NCBI GenBank assembly: GCA_964035545.1
Contig: OZ037766.1
Coordinates: forward strand, 4,454,722-4,518,721
Source: Bugula neritina
Taxonomy: Eukaryota; Animalia; Bryozoa
Direction: 5' to 3'
DNA length: 64,000 nucleotides
Shown: one piece after another, positions 26,644 through 41,600 of the stretch
Numbering within the stretch: the stretch's first letter is position 1
Layout: every line of letters begins with the position of its first letter
Made by a program: the position numbers and the translations under genes
The notes under the pieces: generated by a model
What the model was told of the DNA's origin: nothing
The model's input: only the letters and a program-made list of their open reading frames with translations
Databases searched by the model: none

Positions 26644-29600
26644 CTAAAATATGCATAAATTAAATAGGTCAAGTGTGGCTCTGCATACTATTTCTTCCTT
26701 GATGTTGACCTTCCTCTTCATTACATAGACTGTATAAGACAAGGCAAACATGTTTCTTAGAAGATGATTAATTGCACATGATTCAGTATATCATGTGATA
26801 AGAGATGTTTGATTGAGAAGCAGCGTGCATTGCCAAACTAATATACCTGACAGTTGAAAAATAAAAAAATATGAGGTATAGTTTCAGAGAGGCATACTTT
26901 TGCTTAGCTCAGTGAAACGAAAAATTAGGCGAACTGAAGTTATTCAGAAAAAACTGCAAATCCTCATCTCAAACAAGCGGCAGCTAATAACTGACTTAGG
27001 GTCACAATGCAACAGAAAAGAGTTTGTAGTCTTTTAATATTACTGAGACTTCTTACAGACTTCTGACATTAAAACACTGCATACAGGGTTACCGTGTTTA
27101 GAGAAGCTGCTGCTTTACAATGGTTAGTGAGGGCATTAAAGTAAAAGCATATAGAGAGGAACTGAAAGGAGAACAGCAGAGAGAAGGTGTGAGAGGCACC
27201 CTAGTTATTCGTGTGAGTGGAGAGCAAGGAGCAATTACTCTACCGTAGTACTGTTCGCCCTGCATCTTCCTCATATAACAGTGTATCAACACTATTAGCA
27301 AGATGAGGAAAAGAACTCCCCCAGCAATACCAATGATGAGTGCATACGGCACTGGGGGCGGCGGAGGAGGAGTAGCATAGGCGGAGCTACACATAGCAAC
27401 GATAATATTATGGCTAGAAGACATTTAAAACCTTACCATATAATTGCCTTCTTTTGTTTTCCTGCGTACATAATATTTATCACCCAATGAGCAGAATTAG
27501 AAAGAGGAAACCGCAGATTGCTCCAAAACTGAGAGGGTAGTGAGAAAATCCTGCATTGACTGCTCCTACAAGACATACAATGATCTACATACTTGTACAA
27601 ACAATGCAATGGTTACAGTGTAGTGTCTCACAACATTAAAGAGAAAGAAAACATGGGCTGGCAGGTTGTTGGAGTGTTAAAACCTGCTATAAAATCCAGG
27701 TAAAAGCAATAAGCTGAGCCTCAAGAGCAAATGAAGTGCTAATGCATAATATTTTTTGTGATGACAAGTGAAATAAATAATTAATAGTCTAAAAACATGT
27801 AGTTTCCTGATAGGGAAAAAGCAAGACACCCGACTTACCCGTAACGATATCAAAGACCACGGGTTCGCTTTGAATTGTCTTAGTAAAATCGCCAAAAAGA
27901 GAATAGGTGACCGCGCAGTGCCACTTGCTCGCCCTCAGGTTACGGGAGTTCTCACTGCCATTAGGATCAAGAGTAAGTGACATCCTTATATTCCCGTTAG
28001 TATTTGAAGATATAATTACGGACTAAAACAAATATAATTCTATAATCACTACTACTACAGCCTTGAATTGCAGCTGCTCAGCATAATCTAAACATGGAGT
28101 TATTAATTCATTTATTTCACCAAACAAACGGTACATCCCAAAAGTGTAAAAACATACAAAACAATTGGTCTAAGAGAACAAATTAAACAGATCTGTATCA
28201 ACAAACTTCCCAGACAATAAATTATTGTGGAACAGGTAGAAAAGTAGTGATTATAATCAGTGTACAATTTACTTGTCGAGCAAGAAGACAACTTGGACAA
28301 TGATTTTAGCAATTTAGTAAAAGAGCAGATGCATCTGATAGTTTTGGGATTTCTAACAAACAATAAATAACACAGAATACCCACCTTAACACCAACATCA
28401 TCTTCCTTTGTGACCTTGACATCAGACTTATTTGACATCCAATAAGCTTCCTCCACAACTGCATTGCTGTCCAGAGTGACCGCACACACAAAGTTGAAGG
28501 TAGACTGCGTGTAGTCAAGGTTTTCTATATGAATGATATAGGGCTGGGAAGGCAGAGGCGCCTGAAGGAAAACTGCTTCATCTACAGTACAACAAAATAA
28601 TCTAGACTCAACACTGAACTGATAGTACAAGGCCATATATATAGTTACACCAGATGACATTTAAGATAAAATAATTTTCGCCCGATTTATGATAATCCAG
28701 ATGCTAATATGTATTTTTCTCACACATATCTTAAATCAGCACATGAAAGTACCATAAATAGCAATTTTATGAATTTTAAGCCAATCTCACTCTTCATAAA
28801 AATCTGCTGATGTGTACTTAATAAATTAGAATGACCTAATTAAGATTATAACAGTGGAATGGGAGAAAGATGTTACATCTCCCAGATTTGTAGCTATGCA
28901 CCTACCATAGATTGTCAGGTCTGAGGTCTCATACAGAGTGCCAGCATCATTAGTGGCTACACAGAGTATACTACCAAACATGTTCTTCTGGACATTGCGA
29001 ATGGTAAACCTGGTGTCCATGACTGAGTTGTAAGTTATCCACGAAGGTGTACCTAAATACAAGCAAATAGAACTGTAGAGTACAAGATGAATTTGGTGAA
29101 TACTGTTTTAATGGGGCAAAGGTCATGTTGGAACGTACCCTGCTACATACATACATACCTTCCGCGATCTTTTGACCATTGAAGTAAAACTCTGTAGCAA
29201 AAGGGCGTCGATTTTCAGCGTCACAAACCACCTCAACATCTGAACCAGTTGGTTCATAACGATTTCGAGCGAACTTTGATCTATCATTCAGTTTGGGATA
29301 TAGCTGAACTTTTACCTAGTAATGAACAGTGCATCACATCATATTTTACACTAAACAGCACTCGTGAACAAGCTTTTATTTTACTTGTACAAGCTTTTAT
29401 TTTACTTTTGCAACAAGACACTATAGTAAAGTTGAGAACTGTCCAATAGTTGGTCTTACTATAAAGATAGTGAACTACATAAATTTAAATATCATATGAC
29501 ATAAGAGATTCTTCTACAGCTCTCAGCTTGCATTTATGATGAAACTTTGGCTATAAGATAAGTTTGACTTCACCCACAGCTAATGAGTGTAGTTAAACTA

Positions 29601-32600
29601 ATTATATACAGAGACAAGGAAGTTCATAGAACATTTATAACATGACACTAAATAAATAGTGGTTGTAGGCACCAGTAGCTTCATAAACATGATAACAATT
29701 ATTTCCTAATTTTGTATTGATTGTTCATCACAATAATTGTGAAATTGTATCATTATCAAGTCACAAATTTTCAGAGCTCACTTGCTGAGTAAAATTACTG
29801 ATTATCTCTTTGAAGGAGCCACTTGTCAACAGGAACAGAAAAGACAGCATTAATTTCAGCTGCCACCCAAAAGTATAGAGGCAAGATCTGACCCTATACT
29901 GTACTATAGCTAGGTCATTGGTGTAGATGTAATGTACATAGTTGTATGCAGTCGGCTTTACTTACTTCAAACACCAGAGTAGCAATAGTAGCCAATGAAA
30001 TCTGGTTATACACCTCGCACTGCCACGTCTCCTGCGAGTTACTTGATGGCAAAAAGATATAATTAAATTTTCCGTTTGTGGAATCAGAAGTCGAGGCATC
30101 ACCTGGTCGCCTCCACCTCACCTTCCCTTCTCTGCCGGCTCTAAAACATGTCAACAAGTGATGCCAGAGAAAACAGGATGACAGCGATTATCAATAATAA
30201 CATAACATAGAAACTGGTCACAGTGAATTGCAAGCAATTAGTCCATGGAAAAAGGAAATGTATGTGGACTGAGCATTTAAACACTGGTGAAGGTAAAAAA
30301 GTGATACCAACCAGACAAACTGATGATTACTGTTGATATTGAATAACCTAATATATAATTGTCAATTTCCCGATGGGGTGTTAACAGGAGGCAATAAGAT
30401 AAAACAACATCCACAGCTATAGAAATAGTTTACACTTGCAAAGTCTTACGTTGTAGAACATAGAACCTTTATAGAGACTCTTAAAGTTAACCAATGTTCA
30501 AACAAAGTCTTTACTCTAACACATTTTAACATTAATCAACACCAGAGCAATTTCTTTCATTTAAGCCTTCTCTGAGAACCTGTAAGCCTTGATCTTTCAG
30601 ATAACAGTAGATATCAATTAATCTGGTATAGAGATACAGGTACACACTTACAGTCCCCCAAAGATGCATACAAGCTGACACGGCACACCCTCTTGACAAA
30701 TGATTTCAGTGTTGACACCATGTACCATAGAGCCATGTTGATTCATTGTCAGGTCAGCTTCTTTCGGGTCTAAATAGGCAATTTCAGGGATGTCCTCACT
30801 ACTCGATCCCACAAGCAATGTGACCATATTTGCTACTACTGCAGCATTGTCAATTGACAGTTTACAACGGTACACATCCCTGCCTGTTCGCTTGTCCGAA
30901 TCCAACAAATAGGCAAAGAACAATTCGCCTAGAAAAAGGAATATAAATTGTAATTTTTCATAATCAAGTTCAACATAGAAGAACCAGAAAAACTTTGTAA
31001 TAGAGTATTTTCAGCTAACTGGAAAATTGAGAGCAAATCGAGATGTTACTTGACTTATAAAAAAAAACAAACATTGTAAACATGGTCACACAGCTTTTTC
31101 TTAAGCGGTATTAATCTAAAAATCTTATTTCAAGAATGCTAAGGATACTGTAAACCTTATACAAATTACAGTATCTGCATACACACTATCAGAAAAAGAA
31201 AGACAGCATCTACTATTTCACCAGTAATGGGGTTGGCTTTGATTCGATCTATATTGTCTGCACTGTCAAAGTTCAGATTTGTAAAAATGCCATTTGTCGA
31301 TATTTCCCATTTGAATCGAGGAATTTCTAGATCAATTTTGCCGGTATACTGTGCGAGGTCTTCAGGCTCTGGAACTGCCCGGTCATCATAAGTGTCTGGC
31401 AAAATGCATGGAATTGAGAATGGCTGATTTAGTTCAGGACTTCCTACAGCCGGATTTGCCAGAACCGAACCTCCCAACACTTTTGGATCTACAGTAAGAA
31501 GGCAAATGTATTTTTTTAACATAGGTATTGAATGAAAGTAGGCACATTTAACAGGCATTAAATTAACACTCAGACCTAACAAACATCCTAGAATTTAATA
31601 AAGGAAATTTTGTGGACAAAACGTGAATGGGAATTCAGCGGACAAAGAAATCTGAAAATTAATTTTGCAGAAGAAAAGCTGACAAGTGAAAGTTTGTACA
31701 AACATTGCTTTTCCACTGCTAGCAAAATCAGATGCATGTATCAATATAAAACATAGTAGGCTACTAGCAACCAGCAAAGATAACTTTCACTTTTTATTTT
31801 ATGTCAGACAGAAGTGAGAAGGTAGTACGACAAAAGTGACAAGGAAAAAAATGAATTTTCTAGGAGAGGTAAATTAAAAAATGTAGTTAATTAAAAATAT
31901 GCAAGCAGCTTTGTCATCCACATATATTGATTTTGCAAGAATTTATAAAAAAAACCTTTGAATTTTTTTTCAATTTAAATTGAACCAACATTAAATATTT
32001 GATTTATCAATTCGATAGAAATTAGTTTACCAACAATTTCAAACCTATAAATTTGAGTTGCTAACTTTCAAAACTGTCGTTTTTTCGCAGATCACATAAC
32101 ATTTCATAGACAAATCATTGTTCAAAACCTGGCCTGTTATTTCTCAATAAACTTTTTCAAAACATTTTTCTCATCCAGTAAGTCTAATATAGTAGTATGT
32201 GAGATTATGGAGCATGTGGAAAAACTTTTAAGAGAGCAATTTTTCAACATATACAGCAATTGCACTCCACAATGCTGCTTCTGAAAAATTTCACTCAGAT
32301 TGAAATTTTCACTACAATACCTGTACATAATACTTTATCATAATTGGAAATTATCACTGGAGACATGACTTGTAATGTTAACCAAACACACAAACACCAC
32401 AACAATCAGTGGAAACAAGGTGCCAAGTATAAATAATGATACAACTTACATGGCAAGATAACTCTAAATGTTGCTGACAATGTTTCAAACTTTCCACCGT
32501 TGTTGGAAGCCACACATCTGTAGTAGCCATTCATTGATTTCAAGTCATCCAACTGTCGAGTAACTCCGTCATCGATAGTCAGTTCTTGCGCAGTGGTTGA

Positions 32601-35600
32601 TATCCGGATTAGAGTACCAACCCAGAGAGAGGGCAATGTATCACTAAATGGATCTGTACTGGTTTCAGCATATTGAAACTTTAGAGTCTCCACATTGCTG
32701 GCACGGCACGTCATTTTATTGACTATATCTACACCATCGGCTGCCTGGGCCACCTGTACATAGTCAGCTGGATCTTTCAGCTCCTTCTCAAAGAAAAAGT
32801 GAGTGCCAAGATAGTAAATACTGGGAGCTCTGTCTTCTATCTGTCCTCTAGCTGTAACAAATTGAAGACTCTTGACTATAGAAATTAGGCACTAGCACTA
32901 TGAACAGCGTACAGTGGTCAAAGTGAGTTAACAAATTCTTAACTCACTGTATATAAGGCAGAGGTGGACACTTTGAATTATGAGATTAATTTGATAATTC
33001 CATGTATGCAATGCAATGGCTACAGTGTAGTGTCTCACAATACATATTGCAAATGTTACAGAGAAAGGACGCATGGGCTGGCAGGCTGCTAGGATGTTCA
33101 AAACCTGCTATAAAATCCAGGTAAAAGCAATAAGCTGAGCCTCAGATCAAATGAAGTGCTAATGCATAATATTTTTGTGATGACAAGTGAAATAAATAAA
33201 TAGTCTAAAACATGTAGTTTTCTGATAGGGAGATAGCAATGACACCCGACTTACTCGTAACGATATCAAAGACCACGGGATTACTTTGAATTGTCTTAGT
33301 AAAAGCCCCAAAAAGAGAATAGGTAACCACGCAGTGCCACTTGCTCGCCCTCAGGTTACGGGTGTTTTCACTGCCATCAGGATCAAGAGAGAGTGACATC
33401 TTTATTTCTCCATCATTATTTGGAGATATATCTACGGCCTAAAACAAATATAATTCTATAATCACTGCCACAGCCTCAATTTACAACTGCTCAGCATTGT
33501 TTCCACATGGCTATTTGTAGATGCTCTAGCTTGTCATGATTGGCTCAGGGCTAAAATTTGAAAGTTTAGAGACAAAAGTGGCCCCGGGTCTTCAGTTTAA
33601 CAACTCAGGCCCAATTTTCTCAGCAAAATGTGCTGTTAATGGCTGTGGCATAGTAAAAGGTTGGTATTTGCTACTCTTTGGAAAAACTAGATGGAAATGA
33701 AAGATGTTCGAATTTATGTTTGAAACCACTTGATGTAATTGGTTTAATCAGTTCAACAAACAGACTGTACAGCTTAGAAGTGTGAATACATGGAAACAGT
33801 CGGTTCATAAAAAACAACTAATTAACCTCAAGTATTACAGCCTTCACAAATGTTCATGAACTTTACTGACAATGAGTTATTGTGGAACAGGTAGAAAAGT
33901 AGCAATTATAACCAGTGAGTGTACAATTTACTTGTCCAGCAAGAAAAAAACTTGGACAATGATTTTAGCAGTTGAGTAAAAAATAAAATACATCTGATAA
34001 TTTTGGAATTTCTAACCAACAATAAATAATACAGAATACCCACCTTAACACCAACATTATCTTCCTTTGTGACCTTTACATCAGACTTATTTGACATCCA
34101 ATAAGCTTCCTCCACAACTGCATTGCTGTCCAGAGTGACCGTACACAGGAAGTTGAAAGTATTTGTGGAGTTGAGGTCTTCTGTATAAATAATATAGGGA
34201 TTGGAAGGCAGAGGCGACTGTTCGAGAACTGCTTCATCTACAGTAGAAGAAAATAATCTCAACACCAGAATATTGAGTACATAGTCATAGTCTGTTAGTC
34301 TATTACTATAAGCTTGGCAACTAAAATGAACGGAATCAAATTTTTCCTATATGTCATAAGAGAAGGCAACTGGGTCACTTCACACTGAATGAAATCAGTT
34401 TTGCCTGATTTATGAAAATATATGCTTTCTTTGCCGTAAACTATTTAAATGTTAGCAAATAATTGAAAATATTCAGGTGTTTTTCAAATTTCCCAACATT
34501 TTCAGTGTTTTTATATAAAGTTATTAGTAAAAAAACAGGTTACAGTGATGTTGTTTGCATCACTGTTAGTGAACTGCATTTAATTATAAGAACAACTCTA
34601 TTCCATATACTTGGAACTATTTTTTTTTAATAGTTCAAATAAGATACAAACTATACTTCTATTTGGTGGTGAAAATGTAAGCAAAATAGGGTTCAAGTAC
34701 AACCGATCTTGTTCCGCAAAGTACATTTCGCACACCTACATTTTTGTTTAGAAATAAAAGGTTTGGTGTTACACAACTTTTCCTTAGCCTTTTTTCTTAT
34801 GTACACATTTAAACTCAGCAAATGGAAATACCCCCTAATAAATTATTTTTTTGAATTTTAACCCAAATGAACTTTTTGCCCTAATCTGCCAGTATGTAGT
34901 AGATAAACTAAAATGGCCCAATTAGGATTATAACAGTGAAATGGTAAAAAGACGTTACTTCAATCAGATTTGTAGCTATGCACCTACCATAGATTGTCAG
35001 GTCTGAAGTCTCATACAGAGTGCCAGCATCATTGGTGGCTACACAGAGTATACTACCAGACATGTTCTTTTGGGCTCCCTCAATGGTAAACTTGGTGTCC
35101 GCGACTGAGTCGTCTGTTATCCACGAAGGTGTACCTAAATACAAGCAAATAGAACTGTAGAGTACAAGATGAAGCTAGTAAATACTTTTTAAATGGGGCA
35201 AAGGTCATGTTGGAACATACTTTGCTAGATGCATACATACCTTCCACAATCTTTTGACCATTGAAGTAAAACTCTGTTACAAAGGCGACCCGATTTTCAG
35301 CGTCACAAACCACCTCAACATCTGAACCAGTTGGCTCATAACGATTTCGAGCAAACTTTGATCTATCAGTCAATTTGGGATATAGTTGAACTTTTACCTA
35401 GTAATGAACAGTGCATCATATCATATTCTACACTAAACAGCACTCAGGAACAAGCTTTGATTTACTTGTGCAAGCTTTTATTTTACTTTTGTAACAAGAC
35501 ACTATAGTAAAGTTGAGAACTGTCCAACAGTTGATCTTACTATAAAGATAGTAAACTACATGAACTAAAATATCATCTGACATGAGATATTCTTCTACAG

Positions 35601-38600
35601 CTCTCAGTTTCCTTATGAATATTATGATGAAACTTTGGCTATAAGATAAGTTGACTTCACCCACAGCTAATGACTGTGGTTAAATTTACTACATACAGAG
35701 ACAAGGGAGTTCATAGAACATTTATAACATGGCACTAAGGAAATAGTGGTTGTAGGCACCAGTAACATGATAACAATTATTTCCTAAGTTTGTATTGATT
35801 GCTCATCACAATAATTGTGAAATTGTACCATTCACAAGTCACAAGTTTTTAGAGTTCAGTTGCTGAGTAAAATACTGATAATGGAAAAATACTGATTATC
35901 TCTTTGAAGGAGCCACTTGTCACCAGGAACAGAAAATGCAGCATCAATTCCAGCTGCCAACTAAAAGTATAAAGAGTTAGGGGCAAAATCTGACCTTATA
36001 CTGTACTATAGTTAGCTCATCAGTGTAGATGTAATGTACATAGTTGTATGCAGTCAGCTTTACTTACTTTAAACACCAGAGTAGCAATAGTAGCTAATGA
36101 GGTCTGGTTATACACCTCGCACTGCCACATCTCCTGCGTGTTACGCAACGGCAAGAAGACATAATTAAATTTTCCATTTGTGGAATCAGAAGTCGAGGCA
36201 TCACCTGGTCGCCTCCACCTCACCTTCCCTTCTCTGCCAGCTCTAGAACATGTCAAAAAGTAATGCTTGAGAAGTCAGCTTGGCAGTGATTTTTGATAAT
36301 AGGTATGCCGATTAAGTGATCACCTCGGCCTGACTACAATCAGTTCTTAACATAGAAACTGGTAACAGTGGATTGTTAGCAATCAGTGTATCATCTCATT
36401 AACACTTGCCGTACTGTACGCCGTAACAGCAAATATCAGCCATTTTTACAAATGTCTGAGCTTCCTGCACAGCATTGCGGTACATTAGGATCAAGCACTG
36501 CTCCATTCAAACAAGTTTTAGCAGGCTCCAATTGGACAGAAAAACTTTTCCGTCAACTCTTGGATATAATTGTTCAATGAAGTGGCATAGAACGTATCTA
36601 ATAGTGGACTTTGAAAACTTCAGCCCAGGGACATTAAAAATGGCTGATAGTTTACACGGCACAGCAAGTGTGAATGAGGGGTATGGGAAAAGGAAATGAA
36701 TCTGGACTGCGCATTCAAACACGGATGAAGGTGACAAGTGTTACCCACCAGGAAAGTTATCATTACTGTTGATGTTGAACAACTTAATATATAATTGTCA
36801 ATTTCTCCACGGGGTATTAACATATTGCAATGCATAAGTATAAGATTACAATAAGTCTAGATAAAAAATATCCACAGCTGTAGAAATATTTTACACTTTT
36901 AAGTTCTTCATTCTAGAACATGGAACCTTAGATGTTTATAAATAGCAAACAAAGTTATTTACTTCAACACAGTTCCACATCAACAAAAGCACACAATATA
37001 TTTTGAAGCTTTGAAAAAAAACCAGCTTCAGTGAGTTCATCCTCTGAGAATCTGTAAGTATTAATCCTTCAGATAACAGTAGATATCAATTAATCGGGTA
37101 TAGAAATACAGGTACACACTTACAGTCCTCCAAAGATGCATACAAGTTCACACGGCACACCCTCTTTGCAAATGATTTCAGTGTTGACACCATGTACCAT
37201 AGAGCCATGTTGATTCATTGTCAGATCAGCCTCCTTCGGGTCTAAATAGGCAATTCCAGGGATGTCCTCAATACTTGATCCAACAAGCAATGTGACCTTA
37301 TTTGCAAGTTCTGCAGCATTGTCAATTGACAGTGTGCACCGGTACTCATCCCTGCCTGTTCGCTTGTCCGAATCCAACAAATAGGCAAAAAACAACTCGC
37401 CTAGAAAATGAATATAAATTGTAATTTTTCATAATCAGGTTCAACATTACATGGAAGAACCAGAAAAATTCATAATAAAATATTTTCTGCCAACTAGAAA
37501 ATTGAAAGCAAGTCAAGATGTTACACGATAGATAAAAAAACATTGTGAACACAATTACAAAATTGTTCCCAAGCGGCAGCAATCCAAAAATCCCATGCTA
37601 AGGATACTGTAAACCCTATACAAATTACAGTATCTGCATACACACTATCAGAAACACTATCAGAAAAAGAAAGACAGCATCTACTTTCTTACCAGTAATG
37701 GGGCTGGCTTTGATTCGGTTTAAATTGTCTGCGCTGTCAAAGTTCAGATTTGTAAAAAGGCCATTTGTTGATGTTTCCCATTTGAATTGAGGAATTTCTA
37801 GTTCAATTTCGCCTGTATACTGTGCAAGGTCTTCAGGCTCTGGAACTGCCCTGTCATCATAAGTGTCTGGCAAAATGCATGGAATTGAGAATGGCTGATT
37901 TAGTTCAGGACTTCCTACAGCGGGATTTGTCAGAACTTGCCCTCCCAACTTTTTTGGATCTACAGCAAGAAGGCAAAGGTATTATTACTTTCAATTTATT
38001 GAATGAAAGTAGGCACATTCAACTGGCATTGAATTAACACAAAATCAGTCAATTAAGACCTAACAAAATAAATATAAACATCCTACAGTTTAATGAGAAT
38101 TCAGTGGGTAAAGAAATAAAAAAATTAATTTTTCGAAAGATAAGCTTACAAGTGAGTGTTTTTGCAAAGATTGCATATCATATATATAACGTTAGCATTC
38201 AGGAAAAAGAGCATTTGACTTTCACAACAGGTCAAACAAAAGTGAGAAGAAAGTACAACAAAAGTGCCCAAATTAAATCATCTTGTAAAAGTAAAGTTCT
38301 AAATGAAAAATGTGTTCATTTAAATAATGCAAGCAGCTTTGTCATTTGCATATATTAATGTTGCCATAGTAAATTAAATTTATGGAAAAAAAAACATATC
38401 AAAGTTAATTTGAATCAAATTTTGAACAGTAAATTAAGTTTTTCATTTATAAATTCAATAAACATTAATTTACCATAAATTTCCAACTTATAAATCTGAA
38501 TTGCTAACTTTCACTATTACTAATACTGGTTACATGACTTATAAAGATAAAATTACAATTTCACGCATAAATCTTGGTTTAAAACTGGGCTTGTGTTTTC

Positions 38601-41600
38601 TTAATATACTTTATCAAAACAATTTTCTCATACAGTAGGTCTAATGCAGTAATATGTGACGTTATGGAGTATGTGGAAACGCTCGTAAGGGAGAAATTTC
38701 TCTCAACATATACAGCATATGCATTCCACAATGCAGCTGTTATAATTTTCAGATTTAGGGTTGATGTGCTATCCAGAGAGTCTATTTATTTACTATAGAA
38801 CTGCACCAGGATAAGTCGAGTGAACGAGTATATTTTACACACAATTATACATTATAAAAACGATACATTATTTCCAAACAAGTTACACATCTAATCTATT
38901 TCACACTCTAGCTTTGACTGAGTTAACAGCGGGAAACTATAATTGCTGCTAACTATCAACTACGCTAATTGGATAGCCATTGTTCCGGGTCAATTACGCG
39001 ACCCCACATGTTGTGCTGCTGGTAGTTCCACGAACCACCACACCGCCCCCACCAGCAGAAAGCCACCTTTCTGATATATATATAAAAAAAAACATTCATT
39101 AGTAACCGCATACATCAGTGGACAAAATAATACATAATATACAGGAAGAGACATAATAATAGACAGAGTCATTATAACGATCCGTTGCATACAAGTGGCC
39201 AGCTGTAGATAGACGAGGAATACTAGCTAGCTGTGGTGTTAGACAGGGGATAACCTGTTAAGCAGTCAAACATTTGCATGACATCTTGGTTCCTCCCAAG
39301 ATGTGAAGTTGCGGAGTATTCTGGGTAGCCTAACTAGAGTCCTTGTTGGGCACGCTGGTGCTTGGCTTGGCATGTACGCAGTTTCCGTTTCATACAGCAT
39401 ACGGATCCCTTTAGCTGGAAGAGTCCTGTTGTAGTGTTAAGTAGATCTGGTGCCAGCTGGGTGAATTCTTCTTGTAATCGCAGGAGGCGTTCTTCTACTG
39501 TGGCTAGGCGGACTGGGTCTGGGGACGGTGTCCGTCTGCGGCGCAAGGGTGGACTGGGGGACCTGGTTCGTCTCTTCGCCGGGGTAGGGGAGATCTCTCC
39601 TTCTTCTGGATATGTAGTTTCCTCGGGGGTGTATGTAATTTGAGGGCGGTCAGACACCAACGGGGATTGTTGGCGGGCGTTGTCTAACACACGTTGGAAC
39701 CCCGAGGACAGAACGGCTAATAGCATGGCCTTCTTCACCAGAGGTCGTATAAGTGTGAGGAACTCCGGGTATAGCTTAGCGTCGACCACGTAGTTTTCTC
39801 CAGGGAAACAGCCCGCCGCTCTGTGTCTGGTGACGGGGTAGGGATACACATCATTGTACCCGCAGGGGCAGAATGTTAGTAGGAGATGAGCATTGACGTG
39901 TAGTTTAAGGGAGCGGTGAGAGGCGCAATCTTCACCACAGATCTGGCATCTCGTCCGTCCTCTGGACCCCCAGGCCGTTTCTATTTCTTCTTCTGTTTGT
40001 GGAGACACCCACCGCCAACGGCGGTGTAGTGGCTCAGGCCGGTCACCACTAGCATACTCCTCTGGATACGGAGCGGGAAGTGTTCTATCCCGTACCCTGG
40101 TTGTAGCGGGTTCGAGTGTAATCTGAAAAAGTTTCAACAGTGTTAATACAGTACACTGCTGTGTTGTCAGCTTGAACAGCTTGGCAACTCCTAATTCAGT
40201 TACCTCGTAGAGATTTATGGTAGTGAATAGTCAGATAGAACACGTATTGCAATGAGATTATAAAAATCTCTAAGTCAAACTGAGTTCTTACTACGGTATT
40301 TCACTAGCCTATCTCCAGCTCGATTGACTCAGTGAGTCAGAGCTGAGCGATGCAATCTAGTTTCGTATTAAGATATAGTTAACTCACCCCACGATCTGTT
40401 GTCGTAAGACATACTGAATGCGTGAAATGGTTTGAACTACTGCTTAGAAACACGTCTACTCCTGACTGCATCAGCGTATGAAAAGATTGAGCAACGTGGT
40501 TGGGGTGCGTGATTAAGACTTTGTGCACCCGGCGGATGAATTTTGTTTCTATTTCCGCCGATGCAAAAGTTGATATTTCCGTGGTGTTGACAACTCCCAC
40601 ATTTGCTCGATTCTTTTCTCGTACGGTTTTCCCCTAGACTTTCATGCGTGCCGCCTTTAACGCAGTCACATACGAAGTCCTTCAAGTATGCGGGGGATTG
40701 CCTCGTACGCTGTCCCCTTTCTAGGGGGGGTGACACGCTTGCCGGTTCGTTAGTAGGGGCCTCTAATGGCGTCTCTACTTCACCGTCAGCGGTCACCTCT
40801 TCTTGTTCTCCGGATGGAGCCCCTCCCTCCGTGGGGGTTTGCACTTCCGGAACCGGCTCGGTTTCTGAAAGTGATGGAATTAGACTTGGCGGTGGCGGAC
40901 ACGCTTCTGTTGACAAAAGCTGCCGCTCCTCTCTCACCAAGTTTTCTTCCCGCGGTATGACCACTTCGTATTCAGGTCCATGCCGCCGTCGCCCGCGCGT
41001 TGTTGTCTGCCTCCTGGGCTCTAACAACGGGGGGCTTCTCCCACTCCGTCGGGGCTAGCCCAATACGGTTTCAAGCGAGACTCATTCTGGATAGACACCT
41101 GTCCTAAGCGCTCAATCTTGTACGTATGATTGGGCATAGCCTCGACGACCACGTAGGGCCCTACGAACTTAGGCTTCAGCTTATCAGCCTGTCCGCGGCG
41201 CCTACGGTAATTGACCATCCACACCTTATCTCCCCTTTGATAGAGAGGTGGTTCATCGGAATCTTCGTGCCGCACCTTCCACTGCTGTTGGCGCAGTATA
41301 TCGTGTGCGGCCTTCATCCGTTCCACTAGTTCACTGGCATACTCGTGGACTGAGTTATCTTGCTCTGGAACGTGATAGGTGAGATGGTCAGGGACACGAA
41401 TCTCTCTCCCGAGCATCAAGAGGTTTGGGGTCTCACCAGTACTGGTGTGTGGGGTGCTACGGTATGCACGCATGACTTGCGGCAACACCGTATCCCATTC
41501 CTCTTGACCTCGTCCAAGGAGGAGACTCCGGAGTGCATCACCTAGCATCCGATTGTTGCGCTCCACCACCCCGTTACCTTGAGGGTGGTAGGGGGTGGTC

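Noticed and set aside
31595-31777. Signal-peptide-like ORF MLVASSLLCFILIHASDFASSG in intron 2 of C
   Set aside because: Starts at a non-ATG codon, the homologous stretch in B has an indel, and it is absent from A, D and E; not supportable as an alternative leader exon.
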